From positions 223 through 64,222 of the forward strand of contig LCKO01000003.1 in assembly GCA_001001485.1 (NCBI GenBank): a stretch of DNA of 64,000 nucleotides, in the 5' to 3' direction. A program made the translations under genes and the position numbers. A model generated the notes under the pieces. The model ran no database searches. It saw only the letters and a list, made by a program, of their open reading frames with translations, and was not told the DNA's origin. The DNA is from Candidatus Collierbacteria bacterium GW2011_GWB2_45_17. Its GTDB lineage: Bacteria > Patescibacteriota > Microgenomatia > UBA1400 > MFAQ01. Shown here in pieces: positions 26,952 through 37,495 of this stretch; within the stretch, counting starts at the first letter, position 1; each line of letters starts with the position of its first letter.

Positions 26952-28340
26952 ATGCTTATAGTTCTAATTACCATTCTCGGGTTGGTCATGCGTTTGATTC
27001 TTGCCAATCAAAGTTTTTGGCTGGATGAAGGAGCCTCCCTCATGTTTGCTAAGTTACCGGTAAATCAGCTATTCGAAGCCATCAAAACCGACTTTCATCC
27101 ACCAATTTTTTACGGGTTACTTCATTACTGGCTACCACTGGCAGGAAAATCAGAATGGCTCATCCGTCTGCCCTTTATATTATTAGCCACCTTAACAATT
27201 CCGGCGCTCTATCTCCTGGCTAAGGAAATTTTTGGATCCAAATCGCCAGTTCCAATTTTAGCCTCTCTCTTCTTGGCCTTGAATCCGCTACATATTTATT
27301 ATTCTCAAGAGTTGCGCATGTACTCTCTGGTTACTTTACTAGTGGTTCTGTCGTGGTATTTCTTACTGAGGAGGAAATACCTTTTAACAGGGCTTCTTAG
27401 CTTTGTTGGTTTCTTCACTTTTTACGGGGCAATTTTTAATATTATTTCTCAAACTGTTTATCTTCTTTTAACCAAAGAAAAAAATAAACCAAAAACCTTT
27501 TTCTTTCTTGTCCTTCCCGCGCTAATTGGTTTTGCCTGTTGGTGGCCTGTGTTTTCAGTTCAGCTTAGTAATGGAAATTATTTACAGACCGCCCTTCCGG
27601 GATGGCAAGGTCTTTCCGGAACTTTAACCCTTAAGTCTCTCTTTCTGATTCCTCTCAAGTTCATCCTTGGTCGCATCTCGTTTGACCCTCAAAGACTATA
27701 TTTGCTTGTTGGCGGTTTTATGGTGTTTATCTTTTTCACCTTAGCCGGATATTCTGGTAAAAATAAAAAAACCTTACCCGTTTGGATCGCTTTTATGGTG
27801 CCTCTCATTATTGGAGTTTTAGTTAGTTTAAAAACTCCGGTTCTCGGTTACTGGCGCTTTCTTTATATTCTGCCCTTCTTCATCCTACTTCTGGCTGCCG
27901 GCGTTGAGGTCTTACCCAAAGTAGCTCGTACGGCAACAATCGCCTGGATCTGCGGCACCTTCATCTTTTTTAATATTTTCTTCTGGACCAATATTCAATT
28001 TCAGAGGGAAGATTGGCGAGGATTATCCGACTTTATTGGTAATAAAAACGCTTTAGTCGTTCTACCCTTTTCCGGCATCTTCGCCCCCTTAAACTTTTAT
28101 GAACCGAAAGCCACCTATCTCATTGCTCAAAGCTCGCTTGGAAAAAACAATCAAGACTTACTTCAGTCTGCCAAAAGAGATTTTGTTTCTAAGGACAATC
28201 TCTATGTGATGGATTATCTGGCTGATCTGACCGATCCAGATCGAAAAATTCTTAAAACAATCCGGGAAATGGGGCTTCGGGAACTCAAGGTCTATAATTT
28301 TAACAATCTGGGACAAGTCTACGAGTTCCACCATTTATGA
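26952..28340 (+). CDS. GT-C glycosyltransferase (GT39/83-like)
   Basis: QSFWLDE, DFHPP, EWLIRLP, YYSQELRMYS, REDWR. Confidence 0.87.
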   Translation: MLIVLITILGLVMRLILANQSFWLDEGASLMFAKLPVNQLFEAIKTDFHPPIFYGLLHYWLPLAGKSEWLIRLPFILLATLTIPALYLLAKEIFGSKSPVPILASLFLALNPLHIYYSQELRMYSLVTLLVVLSWYFLLRRKYLLTGLLSFVGFFTFYGAIFNIISQTVYLLLTKEKNKPKTFFFLVLPALIGFACWWPVFSVQLSNGNYLQTALPGWQGLSGTLTLKSLFLIPLKFILGRISFDPQRLYLLVGGFMVFIFFTLAGYSGKNKKTLPVWIAFMVPLIIGVLVSLKTPVLGYWRFLYILPFFILLLAAGVEVLPKVARTATIAWICGTFIFFNIFFWTNIQFQREDWRGLSDFIGNKNALVVLPFSGIFAPLNFYEPKATYLIAQSSLGKNNQDLLQSAKRDFVSKDNLYVMDYLADLTDPDRKILKTIREMGLRELKVYNFNNLGQVYEFHHL

Positions 28341-29437
28341 AAATTGCCATCGACATTTCTCAAGCCATCTACGGTACCGGTGTCTCGGTGTATACCAAGA
28401 ATCTGGTGGCGAACCTAATCAAACAGCACCCTGAAGATGAATTTATCTTGTTTGGCGGTTCTCTCCGCCGACGAAAAGAATTGCTGTCCATGGCCAAAAA
28501 ACTCAAAGGTACCCCCAAAATCTACCCCTTTCCGCCAACCCTCATGGACTTTATCTGGAACTCTCTCCACATCTTACCCATCGAGAAGTTAACCGGACCG
28601 GTAGACCTCATTCATACTTCTGACTGGACGGAACCCCCATCTAAGTATCCTAAGATCACCACCATGCACGACCTTATTCCTTTCAAATATCCTCAAACCA
28701 CCACTAGCTCCATTAGGAACGCTCATAAAAAGAAATTGGCTTGGGTTATTCGCGAATCAAAAAAAATCATTGCCGTGAGTGAATCAACCAAAAAAGACCT
28801 AATGTCTATTCTAAGAGTGCCGGAAGAAAAAATAGTCGTTATTCCTGAGGGAGTAGAGGAGCGCTACACACCCCAACCTCTGGAAATCGTGGACTTGGTT
28901 AGACGTCGCTACCAAACCGGAGAGGACTACCTTTTTACTTTATCCACCCTCGAACCGCGTAAAAATCAAGAGGCTCTGATCCGCGCTTACGAGATAGTCC
29001 GCAAGACTTTCCCTGATCTAAAACTCCTCATCGCCGGCCGCGTTCGACAAGACGGGAAATTACCGCCTGCGGAAGGGGTGATTATGCCCGGCTATATTCC
29101 CGATGCCGACCTTCCATCTCTTTACTCCGGTTGTTTAGCTTTCGTATTCCCCAGTATTTACGAGGGCTTTGGTCTGCCCCCGCTTCAAGCTATGGCTTGC
29201 GGAGCTTCCGTGGCTGTTAGCAACGTCAGTAGCCTCCCGGAAGTGGTTGGTGATGCCGGCATTCTTTTTGACCCGGAGAGCGTGGAATCAATCGCGGCTG
29301 GTATAATAGAGGCTATCCAAAACAGGTCGGTTCTGAGGAAAAAAAGCCTGATTCAGGCATCAAAATTTACTTGGGGCCAAGCTGCCGAGGAAACTTATAA
29401 GGTATATAAAGAAGTAAATAATGATAATAGGATTTGA
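28337..29437 (+). CDS. Glycosyltransferase family 4 (mannosyltransferase-like)
   Basis: TLEPRKN, FPSIYEGFGLPPLQAMACG. Confidence 0.92.
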   Translation: MKIAIDISQAIYGTGVSVYTKNLVANLIKQHPEDEFILFGGSLRRRKELLSMAKKLKGTPKIYPFPPTLMDFIWNSLHILPIEKLTGPVDLIHTSDWTEPPSKYPKITTMHDLIPFKYPQTTTSSIRNAHKKKLAWVIRESKKIIAVSESTKKDLMSILRVPEEKIVVIPEGVEERYTPQPLEIVDLVRRRYQTGEDYLFTLSTLEPRKNQEALIRAYEIVRKTFPDLKLLIAGRVRQDGKLPPAEGVIMPGYIPDADLPSLYSGCLAFVFPSIYEGFGLPPLQAMACGASVAVSNVSSLPEVVGDAGILFDPESVESIAAGIIEAIQNRSVLRKKSLIQASKFTWGQAAEETYKVYKEVNNDNRI

Positions 29438-30536
29438 TATCAACGAAGCCAATGTTCCTCAACGTGTTGGGGTTAATCAAGTCGCCTACTCTATTTTTCT
29501 TCATCTGGTAAAGAATCTTCCAGAAGGAGATAGAATTATTGCTTTTGGGAAAGAACGACCACTTCCCGATATGCCCTCTGCGAGTGAAAAATTGACCTAC
29601 GAAATCTTCGGTGCCAAAAAAGCTTGGGTCCTTACCAGTCTCACCAAAAGACTTTGGTTCGGGAAACCCAGAGTTGATGTCTTGTTCTCTCCTAGCCACT
29701 ATTCTCCACTATTTTCTCCCGTCAAAAGCGCTATTTATCTTATGGACATGTCTTTTGAGCTTTTTGGTACCGAATTTTTTACCAGTTACGACATCAATCA
29801 GCTAAAACGCTGGACCCCTATTTCCGTTAAAAGAGCCAATAAAATCTTTACCATTTCCGAGTTTAGCAAAAACGAAATTATCCGTCTCTACCATACGGAT
29901 CCTAAGAAAATTGAAGTCGTTTATCCCTCGTTCGATAACGAGTCCTTTCATGGAAAAGTTCCCAAGACCAAACAGCTCGCCGTCAGGAAGAAATATGGCA
30001 TTAACGGCAGTTTCCTTCTTTACTGGGGGACTCTTCAGCCCAGAAAAAACATCACCAAATTAATCGAAGCTTTTTCTAAATTAAAAGAGACTCGCTTAAA
30101 GCTAGTGATTGCCGGCAAAAAAGGCTGGCTTTATGATCAGATACTCGATCAAGCTAAAAAACTTGGTATAGAAAACCGAGTTTTCTTTACCGGATTTGTT
30201 GGCCCCGATGATCTCCCTGCCCTCATTAAAGCTAGCCGCGCTTTCGTACTGCCAAGTCTCTACGAAGGTTTCGGTATGCCGGTCATCGAGGCGCAAGCGG
30301 TCGGCTCTCCGGTGGTTGTGTCGCGAGTAAGCTCTTTGCCGGAGGTAGCCGGGGACTCAGCCATCTTCATCGAAAATCCCCAATCTGTTGACAGCATCCA
30401 AGAAGCCCTCGAAAAAGTCATGGCTCTGTCCCTTTCGGAAAGAATCGACATTATTAAGTCCGGCAAAGAAAACTCCAAACGTTTTGACTGGGATGTGTCT
30501 GCCCAAAAGATTTTGGCTATACTAAAGAATATATGA
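29421..30536 (+). CDS. Glycosyltransferase family 4
   Basis: GTLQPRKN, PSLYEGFGMPVIEAQAVG. Confidence 0.92.
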   Translation: MIIGFDINEANVPQRVGVNQVAYSIFLHLVKNLPEGDRIIAFGKERPLPDMPSASEKLTYEIFGAKKAWVLTSLTKRLWFGKPRVDVLFSPSHYSPLFSPVKSAIYLMDMSFELFGTEFFTSYDINQLKRWTPISVKRANKIFTISEFSKNEIIRLYHTDPKKIEVVYPSFDNESFHGKVPKTKQLAVRKKYGINGSFLLYWGTLQPRKNITKLIEAFSKLKETRLKLVIAGKKGWLYDQILDQAKKLGIENRVFFTGFVGPDDLPALIKASRAFVLPSLYEGFGMPVIEAQAVGSPVVVSRVSSLPEVAGDSAIFIENPQSVDSIQEALEKVMALSLSERIDIIKSGKENSKRFDWDVSAQKILAILKNI

Positions 30537-31168
30537 ACATCTCAAATTTAAACTTCTCTGGGGAGGGGATTGCCTTTGTTGATAAAGACGGGCATAAACT
30601 ACCGGTCACTTCTGCCTTTAAAAAAATCCTTAATCGTATTGCTAATTATTTTTTGGATATCGAACTTTATCTACTCTGGATTGTTGGCTATATTCCGAGC
30701 CACTTCATCAGAGGTCTTTTCTATCGGCTGGCTGGCATCAAGCTAGGTCGCCAAGCTACTATCCATATGGGTGCCCGGTTTTTCCTCCCGAAAAATATTT
30801 CCATCGGGCAGGGAACTATTGTCGGCGATCATGCATTTTTGGATGGCCGGGCCAAAATTAATATTGGTAAACATACGGACATCGCCTCAGAGGTGATGAT
30901 TTACAACTCGGAACATAATTTATCCGACCCCGCCTTCAAAGCGATTGAAGAACCGGTTACCATTGGGGACTATTGTTTTATCGGACCACGAGTAATCATC
31001 ATGCCTGGGGTTAATGTCGGTAACGGAGCCATCGTTGCCGGCGGCGCCGTTGTCACCAAAGACGTTCCGACAGGAATGATCGTTGGCGGTGTGCCGGCCA
31101 AAGTTATCGGAGAAAGGCCCTTGAAAGAATTAGATTATAAATTAGGCCGCCCCAGGCTTTTCCAATGA
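30533..31168 (+). CDS. Hexapeptide-repeat O-acetyltransferase
   Basis: VTIGDYCFIG..PGVNVGNGAIVAGGAVVTKDV..GGVPAK. Confidence 0.92.
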   Translation: MNISNLNFSGEGIAFVDKDGHKLPVTSAFKKILNRIANYFLDIELYLLWIVGYIPSHFIRGLFYRLAGIKLGRQATIHMGARFFLPKNISIGQGTIVGDHAFLDGRAKINIGKHTDIASEVMIYNSEHNLSDPAFKAIEEPVTIGDYCFIGPRVIIMPGVNVGNGAIVAGGAVVTKDVPTGMIVGGVPAKVIGERPLKELDYKLGRPRLFQ

Positions 31169-31755
31169 AAAAACACCATCTTTCAGGGCCAGGCCTTATA
31201 GGGATTCAAATCTTCAAGGCCTGGCCCTGTGGAATATTAGTGATTTTCATTATCGGAGCCATCTATCTGAGCGTGCCCACTCCCGCCCTTCCGGATCTGC
31301 GCGACTCGGGTAGATCTGATGAAGAAGGGGATACCTGGCAGAACCCGGACCAAAAAGGCTTTTACAGCGATCTCACCAGAGCGGAAGTTCTTTCGGATAT
31401 TCAAAGTAAGTCTTTAATTAAGTTTTTTTCATGGACCATACCTCCATACAGACTAAACTATCCTCCGGAAGAAGCCTTTCCTCTAGTAAGAGATCAGACT
31501 AAAAGTAACTATCTCGAAGAAATAGTTTATCCCATGAGGAACTCGACTTTTGTCAACGGCTGGGAACCCAAAAAAGCCCCTATTAATGTTAATTTAGATC
31601 CTGAAGATATTCCCGAAATCTCACTTCATGGGGTCTTCTACGATGCAAAAATTACTCTCCGTCCAGTGAACTCTGCTATCTGGGCCAGACTGCTGATTTG
31701 GACTCTCATCTTTCCTTCCACTTACCTCGTTTACTTATCAATAAAAAATGCCTAA
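31165..31755 (+). CDS. Hypothetical membrane protein; N-terminus partly encoded by a REP doublet
   Basis: ATGA overlap with the upstream gene; TM helices at both ends; SDEEGDT and RLNYPPE. Confidence 0.7.
   Translation: MKKHHLSGPGLIGIQIFKAWPCGILVIFIIGAIYLSVPTPALPDLRDSGRSDEEGDTWQNPDQKGFYSDLTRAEVLSDIQSKSLIKFFSWTIPPYRLNYPPEEAFPLVRDQTKSNYLEEIVYPMRNSTFVNGWEPKKAPINVNLDPEDIPEISLHGVFYDAKITLRPVNSAIWARLLIWTLIFPSTYLVYLSIKNA
31184..31229. repeat. Family A inverted doublet (REPIN-like)
   Basis: CAGGGCCAGGCCTT (31184-31197) and AAGGCCTGGCCCTG (31216-31229) are exact reverse complements. Confidence 0.85.
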
Positions 31756-32656
31756 AGTCGATCTTTCTATCATCACTATTTCGTACAACACCAGACAAAT
31801 CCTCTTGGACTGTCTCAACTCGATCATAAAAAACACCAAAGGCCTAACCTACGAAATTATCGTCGTTTCGACCGGCTCTAATGACGGGTCACTGGAGATG
31901 ATCAGAGACTTTGCCACCCAAAACTCTCAGGTAATCCTCGTCGATGCCAAGGAAAATATTGGTTTTGGTCGAGGAAACAATCTTGGTGCCATCAAGGCAA
32001 AGGGGAAGTATCTACTGTTTCTCAACTCGGATACTTTAATCTTCGATAACGCCCTAAAAAAGGCTGTAGAAATCGTCCGGAAACATCCCAAAATTGGTGC
32101 CTATTCTTGTCGCTTGTTAAATGCCGACCGTTCATTCCAGCCTTCGGGTGGTCACTTCCCGACCTTTGGCAGTCTTATTGCCTGGCAACTTTTTATCGAC
32201 GATCTTCCCTTAATTGGCGACCTCATTCCCTCATTTCATCCCAAACAAAGCCAATACGATAAAAATCAAAAGATGGACTGGGTTACCGGAGCTTTTATTA
32301 TGGTGAAAAAAAGTGTTTTTGACTCTGTAGGTGGTTTTGATAAGACCATTTTTATGTACACCGAAGAGATGGAACTTTGTTACCGCTTAGCCAAAATAGG
32401 TTACTCCACTTTTTACACCAATAGCCCAGCCATTATTCATCTGGGAGGTGCCTCGGGTGGGTCTTATCTGGCTCTCACCGAAGAGATAAAAAATATGCTC
32501 TATTTTTGGCGCAAACACATGCCCAGCTGGCAGCTACCCATGGTCAAAATATTTTTTTGGATTGGTTCATTGCTTAGATTGTTAATATTTGGGATAATCA
32601 AAGGAGATGCAAAAGCACGACGCGCCTATTTCCACGCTCTTGGATTCATTTTTTAA
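31748..32656 (+). CDS. Glycosyltransferase family 2 (rhamnosyltransferase-like)
   Basis: NIGFGRGNN, FLNSDT, DWVTGAF, GGFD..FMYTEE. Confidence 0.9.
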   Translation: MPKVDLSIITISYNTRQILLDCLNSIIKNTKGLTYEIIVVSTGSNDGSLEMIRDFATQNSQVILVDAKENIGFGRGNNLGAIKAKGKYLLFLNSDTLIFDNALKKAVEIVRKHPKIGAYSCRLLNADRSFQPSGGHFPTFGSLIAWQLFIDDLPLIGDLIPSFHPKQSQYDKNQKMDWVTGAFIMVKKSVFDSVGGFDKTIFMYTEEMELCYRLAKIGYSTFYTNSPAIIHLGGASGGSYLALTEEIKNMLYFWRKHMPSWQLPMVKIFFWIGSLLRLLIFGIIKGDAKARRAYFHALGFIF

Positions 32657-33959
32657 ATATCTTTTTGCTGCGGTATTGATATTTATTCCTTTGTATCCGA
32701 AGTTTCCATTATTTAACGTGCCATTCACCTATGTCTCCATTCGGGCCGAGGATTTTTTGATTGGTTTGGTCTGGCTGATTTTTATTGTTCGCTTGATCGT
32801 TCAGAAAAAAATTCATTTTCCCAAAATTACCTTTCAGTTCATGGTTTTCTTTTTAGTTGGACTTGTTTCGTCTATTTCCGCTATCTTAATCACCCGGAAT
32901 GTTCAGGTACTTTTAGTGCTACTCCATTATTTCCGCCGCCTTGAATATATGTCCGTCTTTTTCCTTATCTACTGGGCTTGTAACGACTCTGGTACGCGTA
33001 AATACTTTTTAGAACTAGCCATCCTTCCTGCCATCGGAGTCTTTTTATATGGCATTGCCCAGATTTATTTTGAAGCACCGGTTATATCAACTATGGACTC
33101 TGAATCCAGTAAGGGTATCGCCATGTATCTGCGCCCCGGGGTGACGCTTAACAGCACTTTTGCGGGACACTATGACCTTGCCATTTATCTCACCATGATG
33201 ATGACGTTTTTAGTCGCCATTTCTTCCTCGATCGGTACTTGGATAAAACGCCTACCATTTTTGGGCCTATTTGGTATCTTACTTTGGCTCTTCATGCAGG
33301 CGGGTTCCAGAATCTCTCTCGTTAGTCTTATACTTGCGGTTTGTGTGGTTACCTATATCTATCGTCGTTACCTGCTCGGTCTGGTCTTTCTGGGAGTTAT
33401 CTTTGCCTTTATCGCCACTTCCCAACAGTACATCGACCGATTTAAAACAATTTTTAAAGTCTTTACTGTCAAAACCTCTCAAATCTGGACATCCCCGGCT
33501 TACGCCGCTACAAAAGGGGCAACTGAGATCTCACTCACTCCTCGTCCCACACCAACCGCGGAGCCGCTTCGTCCCATCCAGCAAGACCGTTCTTCCAGTA
33601 TCCGTTTTGACGTCGAATGGCCAAGAGCCCTAAGAGCTTTTTACAAAAATCCCTTACTCGGGACTGGCTACTCATCGATTACTCTGGCAACCGACAACGA
33701 TTATCTACGAGCACTCGGAGAAACCGGCCTACTTGGACTACTTTCTTTTCTGGCTTTGCTCTTGGCTATTGGGAAATTCCTAATAAAACAAGTCAAGGAA
33801 ACATCTGGTATTGATAAAATTATTGTAGTTTCAACCATCGGTATCTTTGTTTCTTTTTTAACAACGGCAACTTTTATAGACGTCTTCGAATCGAGCAAAA
33901 TCGCCATTCTTTTCTGGGCCTATATGGGTTTAGCATTTAGCACCAAAAAATATGATTAA
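32607..33959 (+). CDS. O-antigen ligase/polymerase family protein (Wzy_C-like)
   Basis: Multiple TM helices; STFAGHYDL, GSRISL, IRFDVEWPRA..NPLLGTGY..DNDYLRALGETGLLG. Confidence 0.8.
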   Translation: MQKHDAPISTLLDSFFKYLFAAVLIFIPLYPKFPLFNVPFTYVSIRAEDFLIGLVWLIFIVRLIVQKKIHFPKITFQFMVFFLVGLVSSISAILITRNVQVLLVLLHYFRRLEYMSVFFLIYWACNDSGTRKYFLELAILPAIGVFLYGIAQIYFEAPVISTMDSESSKGIAMYLRPGVTLNSTFAGHYDLAIYLTMMMTFLVAISSSIGTWIKRLPFLGLFGILLWLFMQAGSRISLVSLILAVCVVTYIYRRYLLGLVFLGVIFAFIATSQQYIDRFKTIFKVFTVKTSQIWTSPAYAATKGATEISLTPRPTPTAEPLRPIQQDRSSSIRFDVEWPRALRAFYKNPLLGTGYSSITLATDNDYLRALGETGLLGLLSFLALLLAIGKFLIKQVKETSGIDKIIVVSTIGIFVSFLTTATFIDVFESSKIAILFWAYMGLAFSTKKYD

Positions 33960-35373
33960 AAAAATTCTCATCCTCGGTATTCTGGTTCTGGCTCTACTTC
34001 TAAGACTTTATAAGCTCGATAATCCGGTTGCCGACTGGCATTCTTTCCGCCAAGCCGATACTGCCTCAGTCACCAGAAATTTTGTCGACAAGGGAGTTAA
34101 TATGTTAGTCCCCACCTATCACGATAACTCCAACATCCAGTCTGGAAAAGACAATCCAAACGGCTATCGCATGGTCGAGCTTCCTTTATACAATCTACTT
34201 CATTACTCGGTCTACGAACTCTTTCCGTCTTTGGGAGTTGATCAGGCCGGCAGGCTGACATCTGTCATCTTATCTCTGATATCTATTTACCTGGTTTATC
34301 TGATTGGAGAAAAACTCTCGGGCTTTTTTGTCGGCTGGCTGGCCGCCTTGTTTATGGCGGTCTTGCCCTTTAGCATTTATTACTCTCGGGTCATCCTTCC
34401 GGAACCACTGATGATTGCCTCGATACTAGGATCTTACTGGTATCTCATTAAAATGTCGGAGTCCACCGGAGTTAAAAAAAGATATAACTTGCTAATTAGT
34501 TCTCTTCTCTTCGCCATTGCCCTACTGGTTAAACCTTTTGCCATTTTCTTTGCTCTTCCCAATGCGGCCATTGTTTTCCGTTCCTGGGCAAAAGGCGAAC
34601 TCCACACCCTCGACGTTATTTTCTTCAGCATCTTAGGCGTCGCCCCCTTCATCTGGTGGCGCAATCATATTTTGAGTTATCCCACCGGCATTCCGGCCAG
34701 TGACTGGCTCATAAACTCCACCGGCATTCGCTTCCGTCCCGCCTGGTTCAGATGGCTCTTTAGTGAGAGAATCGGCAAACTAATTTTAGGTGTTTACGGC
34801 ACGACCTTTCTGATGCTCGGGCTAATTGCCAAGCCCAAAAACGAGGGAGTAGCTTACTGGCTGTGGGCTCTAGGAATTCTTCTTTACTTTTCGGTCATAG
34901 CCGGAGGTAACGTCCAGCACGACTATTATCAGGCCATCATTATTCCCTTCCTCTGTTTCCTTCTAGCCAAAGGAGTCGCCCTGGTACTAAGTCTCTCTAG
35001 AACTACTTACTCTCGTCTTCTAACCATCATTATGACCTTGGTTATTTTTGTCTCCATGATTTCTATCTCTTGGTACGATATTAAGGGCTACTACCAAGTC
35101 AACAACTGGCCAATAGTAGAAGCCGGAAAAGAGGTCGACCGACTTACCCCAAAGGACGCCAAAGTTATCGCTCCCTACAACGGCGACACGGCTTTCTTGT
35201 ACCAAACCCATCGTTCTGGCTGGCCACTAGGCTACGACATCGAAGACAAAATGGCTAAAGGAGCCACTTACTACGTTTCTGTTTCTTACGACGACGAATC
35301 CAGAACCTTGGAAAAGAAGTACACTCTGATAGAAAAAACCGATCGTTTTATCATCATCAAGCTAAGTAAGTAG
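33952..35373 (+). CDS. GT-C glycosyltransferase (ArnT-like)
   Basis: DWHSFRQADT, ELPLYN, YYSRVILPE, LLVKP, HDYYQ. Confidence 0.82.
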   Translation: MIKKILILGILVLALLLRLYKLDNPVADWHSFRQADTASVTRNFVDKGVNMLVPTYHDNSNIQSGKDNPNGYRMVELPLYNLLHYSVYELFPSLGVDQAGRLTSVILSLISIYLVYLIGEKLSGFFVGWLAALFMAVLPFSIYYSRVILPEPLMIASILGSYWYLIKMSESTGVKKRYNLLISSLLFAIALLVKPFAIFFALPNAAIVFRSWAKGELHTLDVIFFSILGVAPFIWWRNHILSYPTGIPASDWLINSTGIRFRPAWFRWLFSERIGKLILGVYGTTFLMLGLIAKPKNEGVAYWLWALGILLYFSVIAGGNVQHDYYQAIIIPFLCFLLAKGVALVLSLSRTTYSRLLTIIMTLVIFVSMISISWYDIKGYYQVNNWPIVEAGKEVDRLTPKDAKVIAPYNGDTAFLYQTHRSGWPLGYDIEDKMAKGATYYVSVSYDDESRTLEKKYTLIEKTDRFIIIKLSK

Positions 35374-36582
35374 ATGAAGATTTTGATGCTCACTCCGTAT
35401 TTACCGTACCCGGATAGTTCCGGTGGTCAGATACGCACTCAAAATCTACTCAAACACTTATGCCAAAGACATGAAATTACTCTGATATCTCTCATCAAAG
35501 ATCCAAAAGAAAATGACAATGTCAAACATTTGCTAAAGTACTGTCGGAAGGTGATGACTTTTCAGAGAAGCGCTACCCCCTGGACTCTAAAAAATATTTT
35601 AAAAACCGGATTTTCTTTCGACCCGTTTTTAATTGTCAGAAACTTCGCCCCCGGAGTTAAAGAAGCCGTTACCAAAGAGCTGGAAACGGGAGAATATGAT
35701 CTCGTTCACGCCGAGACTTTTTACGTTATGCCCAGCATCCCCAAAACAGACCTGCCGATTATTCTGGTTGATCAAACCATCGAGTATCTTGTATATCAGC
35801 ACTACACCAATCAAACAGCGGCTTGGTTCCTTAAGCCCCTTCTGCAAATAGACGTCGAAAAAATGAAGTACTCGGAAAGGTATTACTGGCGCCGCGCGAC
35901 TCAGGTAGTGGCCGTTTCCGAAGCCGACAAAAGAGAAATGCTCCTACTGGAGCCGGACATTCGAGTCGAAATTGTCCCCAACGGTGTTAATCTTGATCTT
36001 TTTAGAAAAAAAACCAACTGGAACACTCAAGAAAAAGCTATCTTACAGATCAGTAACTTCAAGTGGCTCCAAAATGTCGAGGCCGCTCATCTTCTCATTG
36101 AAAAAGTCTTTCCTCTAGTTCGGAAAAGGGTACGAGGGGCCAAACTGTGGATAGTCGGCCAACATGTTCCGAAAGAAATGCTGGAATTAAAAGATAAAGA
36201 CATCCTAGTCAAGTCTGTTCCGGAGGATGATTCCAAGAGCTTGGTTGATGCCTGGCACGACGCTACTGTCTTTGCTTCCACCATAAAAGGCCCGGGTGGA
36301 ACCAGACTCAAGAACCTGGCAGCCATGGCCAGCCAGCTACCGATCGTCTCTACCAAAGTTGGAGTTGAAGGACTGATGGTGGTTGATAAAGAACACATTT
36401 TGATCGGTGACTCCCCCCAAAAAATCGCTGACTTGATCATCAAGGTGATAAAATCACCCGACTTGGCCCGGAGACTGGCTCTGGCTACCAGAAAACACGT
36501 TGAAGAAAAATTTGATTGGAAGATAATCGCCGGAAACTTGGACTCTTTGTATAACAAACTTGGAAAAAATGAAAAAAAATAA
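35374..36582 (+). CDS. Glycosyltransferase family 4
   Basis: [33 protein letters not shown]. Confidence 0.88.
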   Translation: MKILMLTPYLPYPDSSGGQIRTQNLLKHLCQRHEITLISLIKDPKENDNVKHLLKYCRKVMTFQRSATPWTLKNILKTGFSFDPFLIVRNFAPGVKEAVTKELETGEYDLVHAETFYVMPSIPKTDLPIILVDQTIEYLVYQHYTNQTAAWFLKPLLQIDVEKMKYSERYYWRRATQVVAVSEADKREMLLLEPDIRVEIVPNGVNLDLFRKKTNWNTQEKAILQISNFKWLQNVEAAHLLIEKVFPLVRKRVRGAKLWIVGQHVPKEMLELKDKDILVKSVPEDDSKSLVDAWHDATVFASTIKGPGGTRLKNLAAMASQLPIVSTKVGVEGLMVVDKEHILIGDSPQKIADLIIKVIKSPDLARRLALATRKHVEEKFDWKIIAGNLDSLYNKLGKNEKK

Positions 36583-37495
36583 ATTCGATCTAGCCGTAAT
36601 CATCGTTAACTACAATACCAAAGAGCTTCTCGAGGACTGTTTAAACTCGGTTTTTAAGGCCGATTCCCCCAAGGATGGTCTTCAGGTGATCGTGGTCGAT
36701 AATGGTTCAAAAGATGGCAGTGTGGAATTTCTCCGTAAATTCGAAAAATCTCACCCCCACCTAATATTCATCGGGAGTTCCGTGAACCTCGGCTTTGCCA
36801 AAGGCAATAATGTTGGCGTAGATGCGACCGATGCCAAACATCTGTTATTTCTAAACTCGGATACTGTCGTTAGACGATATGCTCTGGTAAAGCCGTTGAA
36901 GTATCTTAAGGCCCATCCCAAGGTGGGCGCGGTTACCATCAGACTCTATCTCAAAGATGGTGGTATCGACTACGACAATCACCGAGGCTTCCCTACGCCT
37001 TGGACCGCAATCACCAAATTTTCCGGTCTAGCCGGACTATTTCCTCAGTCGACCTTCTTCAATAGCTATCATCTCGGTTTCAAAAAGCTGGACAAGATTC
37101 ATCAGATTCCGGTCGCCGCCGGTTCGTATATGATGATGCCCACCAAACTCTTTCGTCAGATAGGGATGTGGGACGAAACCTATTTCTTCTATGGCGAGGA
37201 CATTGATCTTTGTTACCGGATCAATTCAGCCGGCTATAAAATTATCTACTATCCCAAGGTCAGCACTCTACACCTTAGAGGAGCCTCTTCCGGACTCCGA
37301 AAAGAAAATGCCAAAGGCGCCTCTTCCGGAAAAGAAAATCGTATCAAAGTTGCCAAGTCATCGACGGACGCTTGGAAGATTTTCTACAAAAAATTTTACA
37401 AAAATAAATATCCCTTCTTTGTCACCGCCACCGTCCTAGCTGGTATGTCTCTAATCGGCAACTTACGAGTCTTAAAACATAAACTTACAAAATGA
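36569..37495 (+). CDS. Glycosyltransferase family 2
   Basis: [39 protein letters not shown]. Confidence 0.92.
   Translation: MKKNKFDLAVIIVNYNTKELLEDCLNSVFKADSPKDGLQVIVVDNGSKDGSVEFLRKFEKSHPHLIFIGSSVNLGFAKGNNVGVDATDAKHLLFLNSDTVVRRYALVKPLKYLKAHPKVGAVTIRLYLKDGGIDYDNHRGFPTPWTAITKFSGLAGLFPQSTFFNSYHLGFKKLDKIHQIPVAAGSYMMMPTKLFRQIGMWDETYFFYGEDIDLCYRINSAGYKIIYYPKVSTLHLRGASSGLRKENAKGASSGKENRIKVAKSSTDAWKIFYKKFYKNKYPFFVTATVLAGMSLIGNLRVLKHKLTK

Noticed and set aside
13916-31229. Palindromic repeats as a degenerate CRISPR array
   Set aside because: The copies are kilobases apart, have no regular spacers, and no cas genes are present
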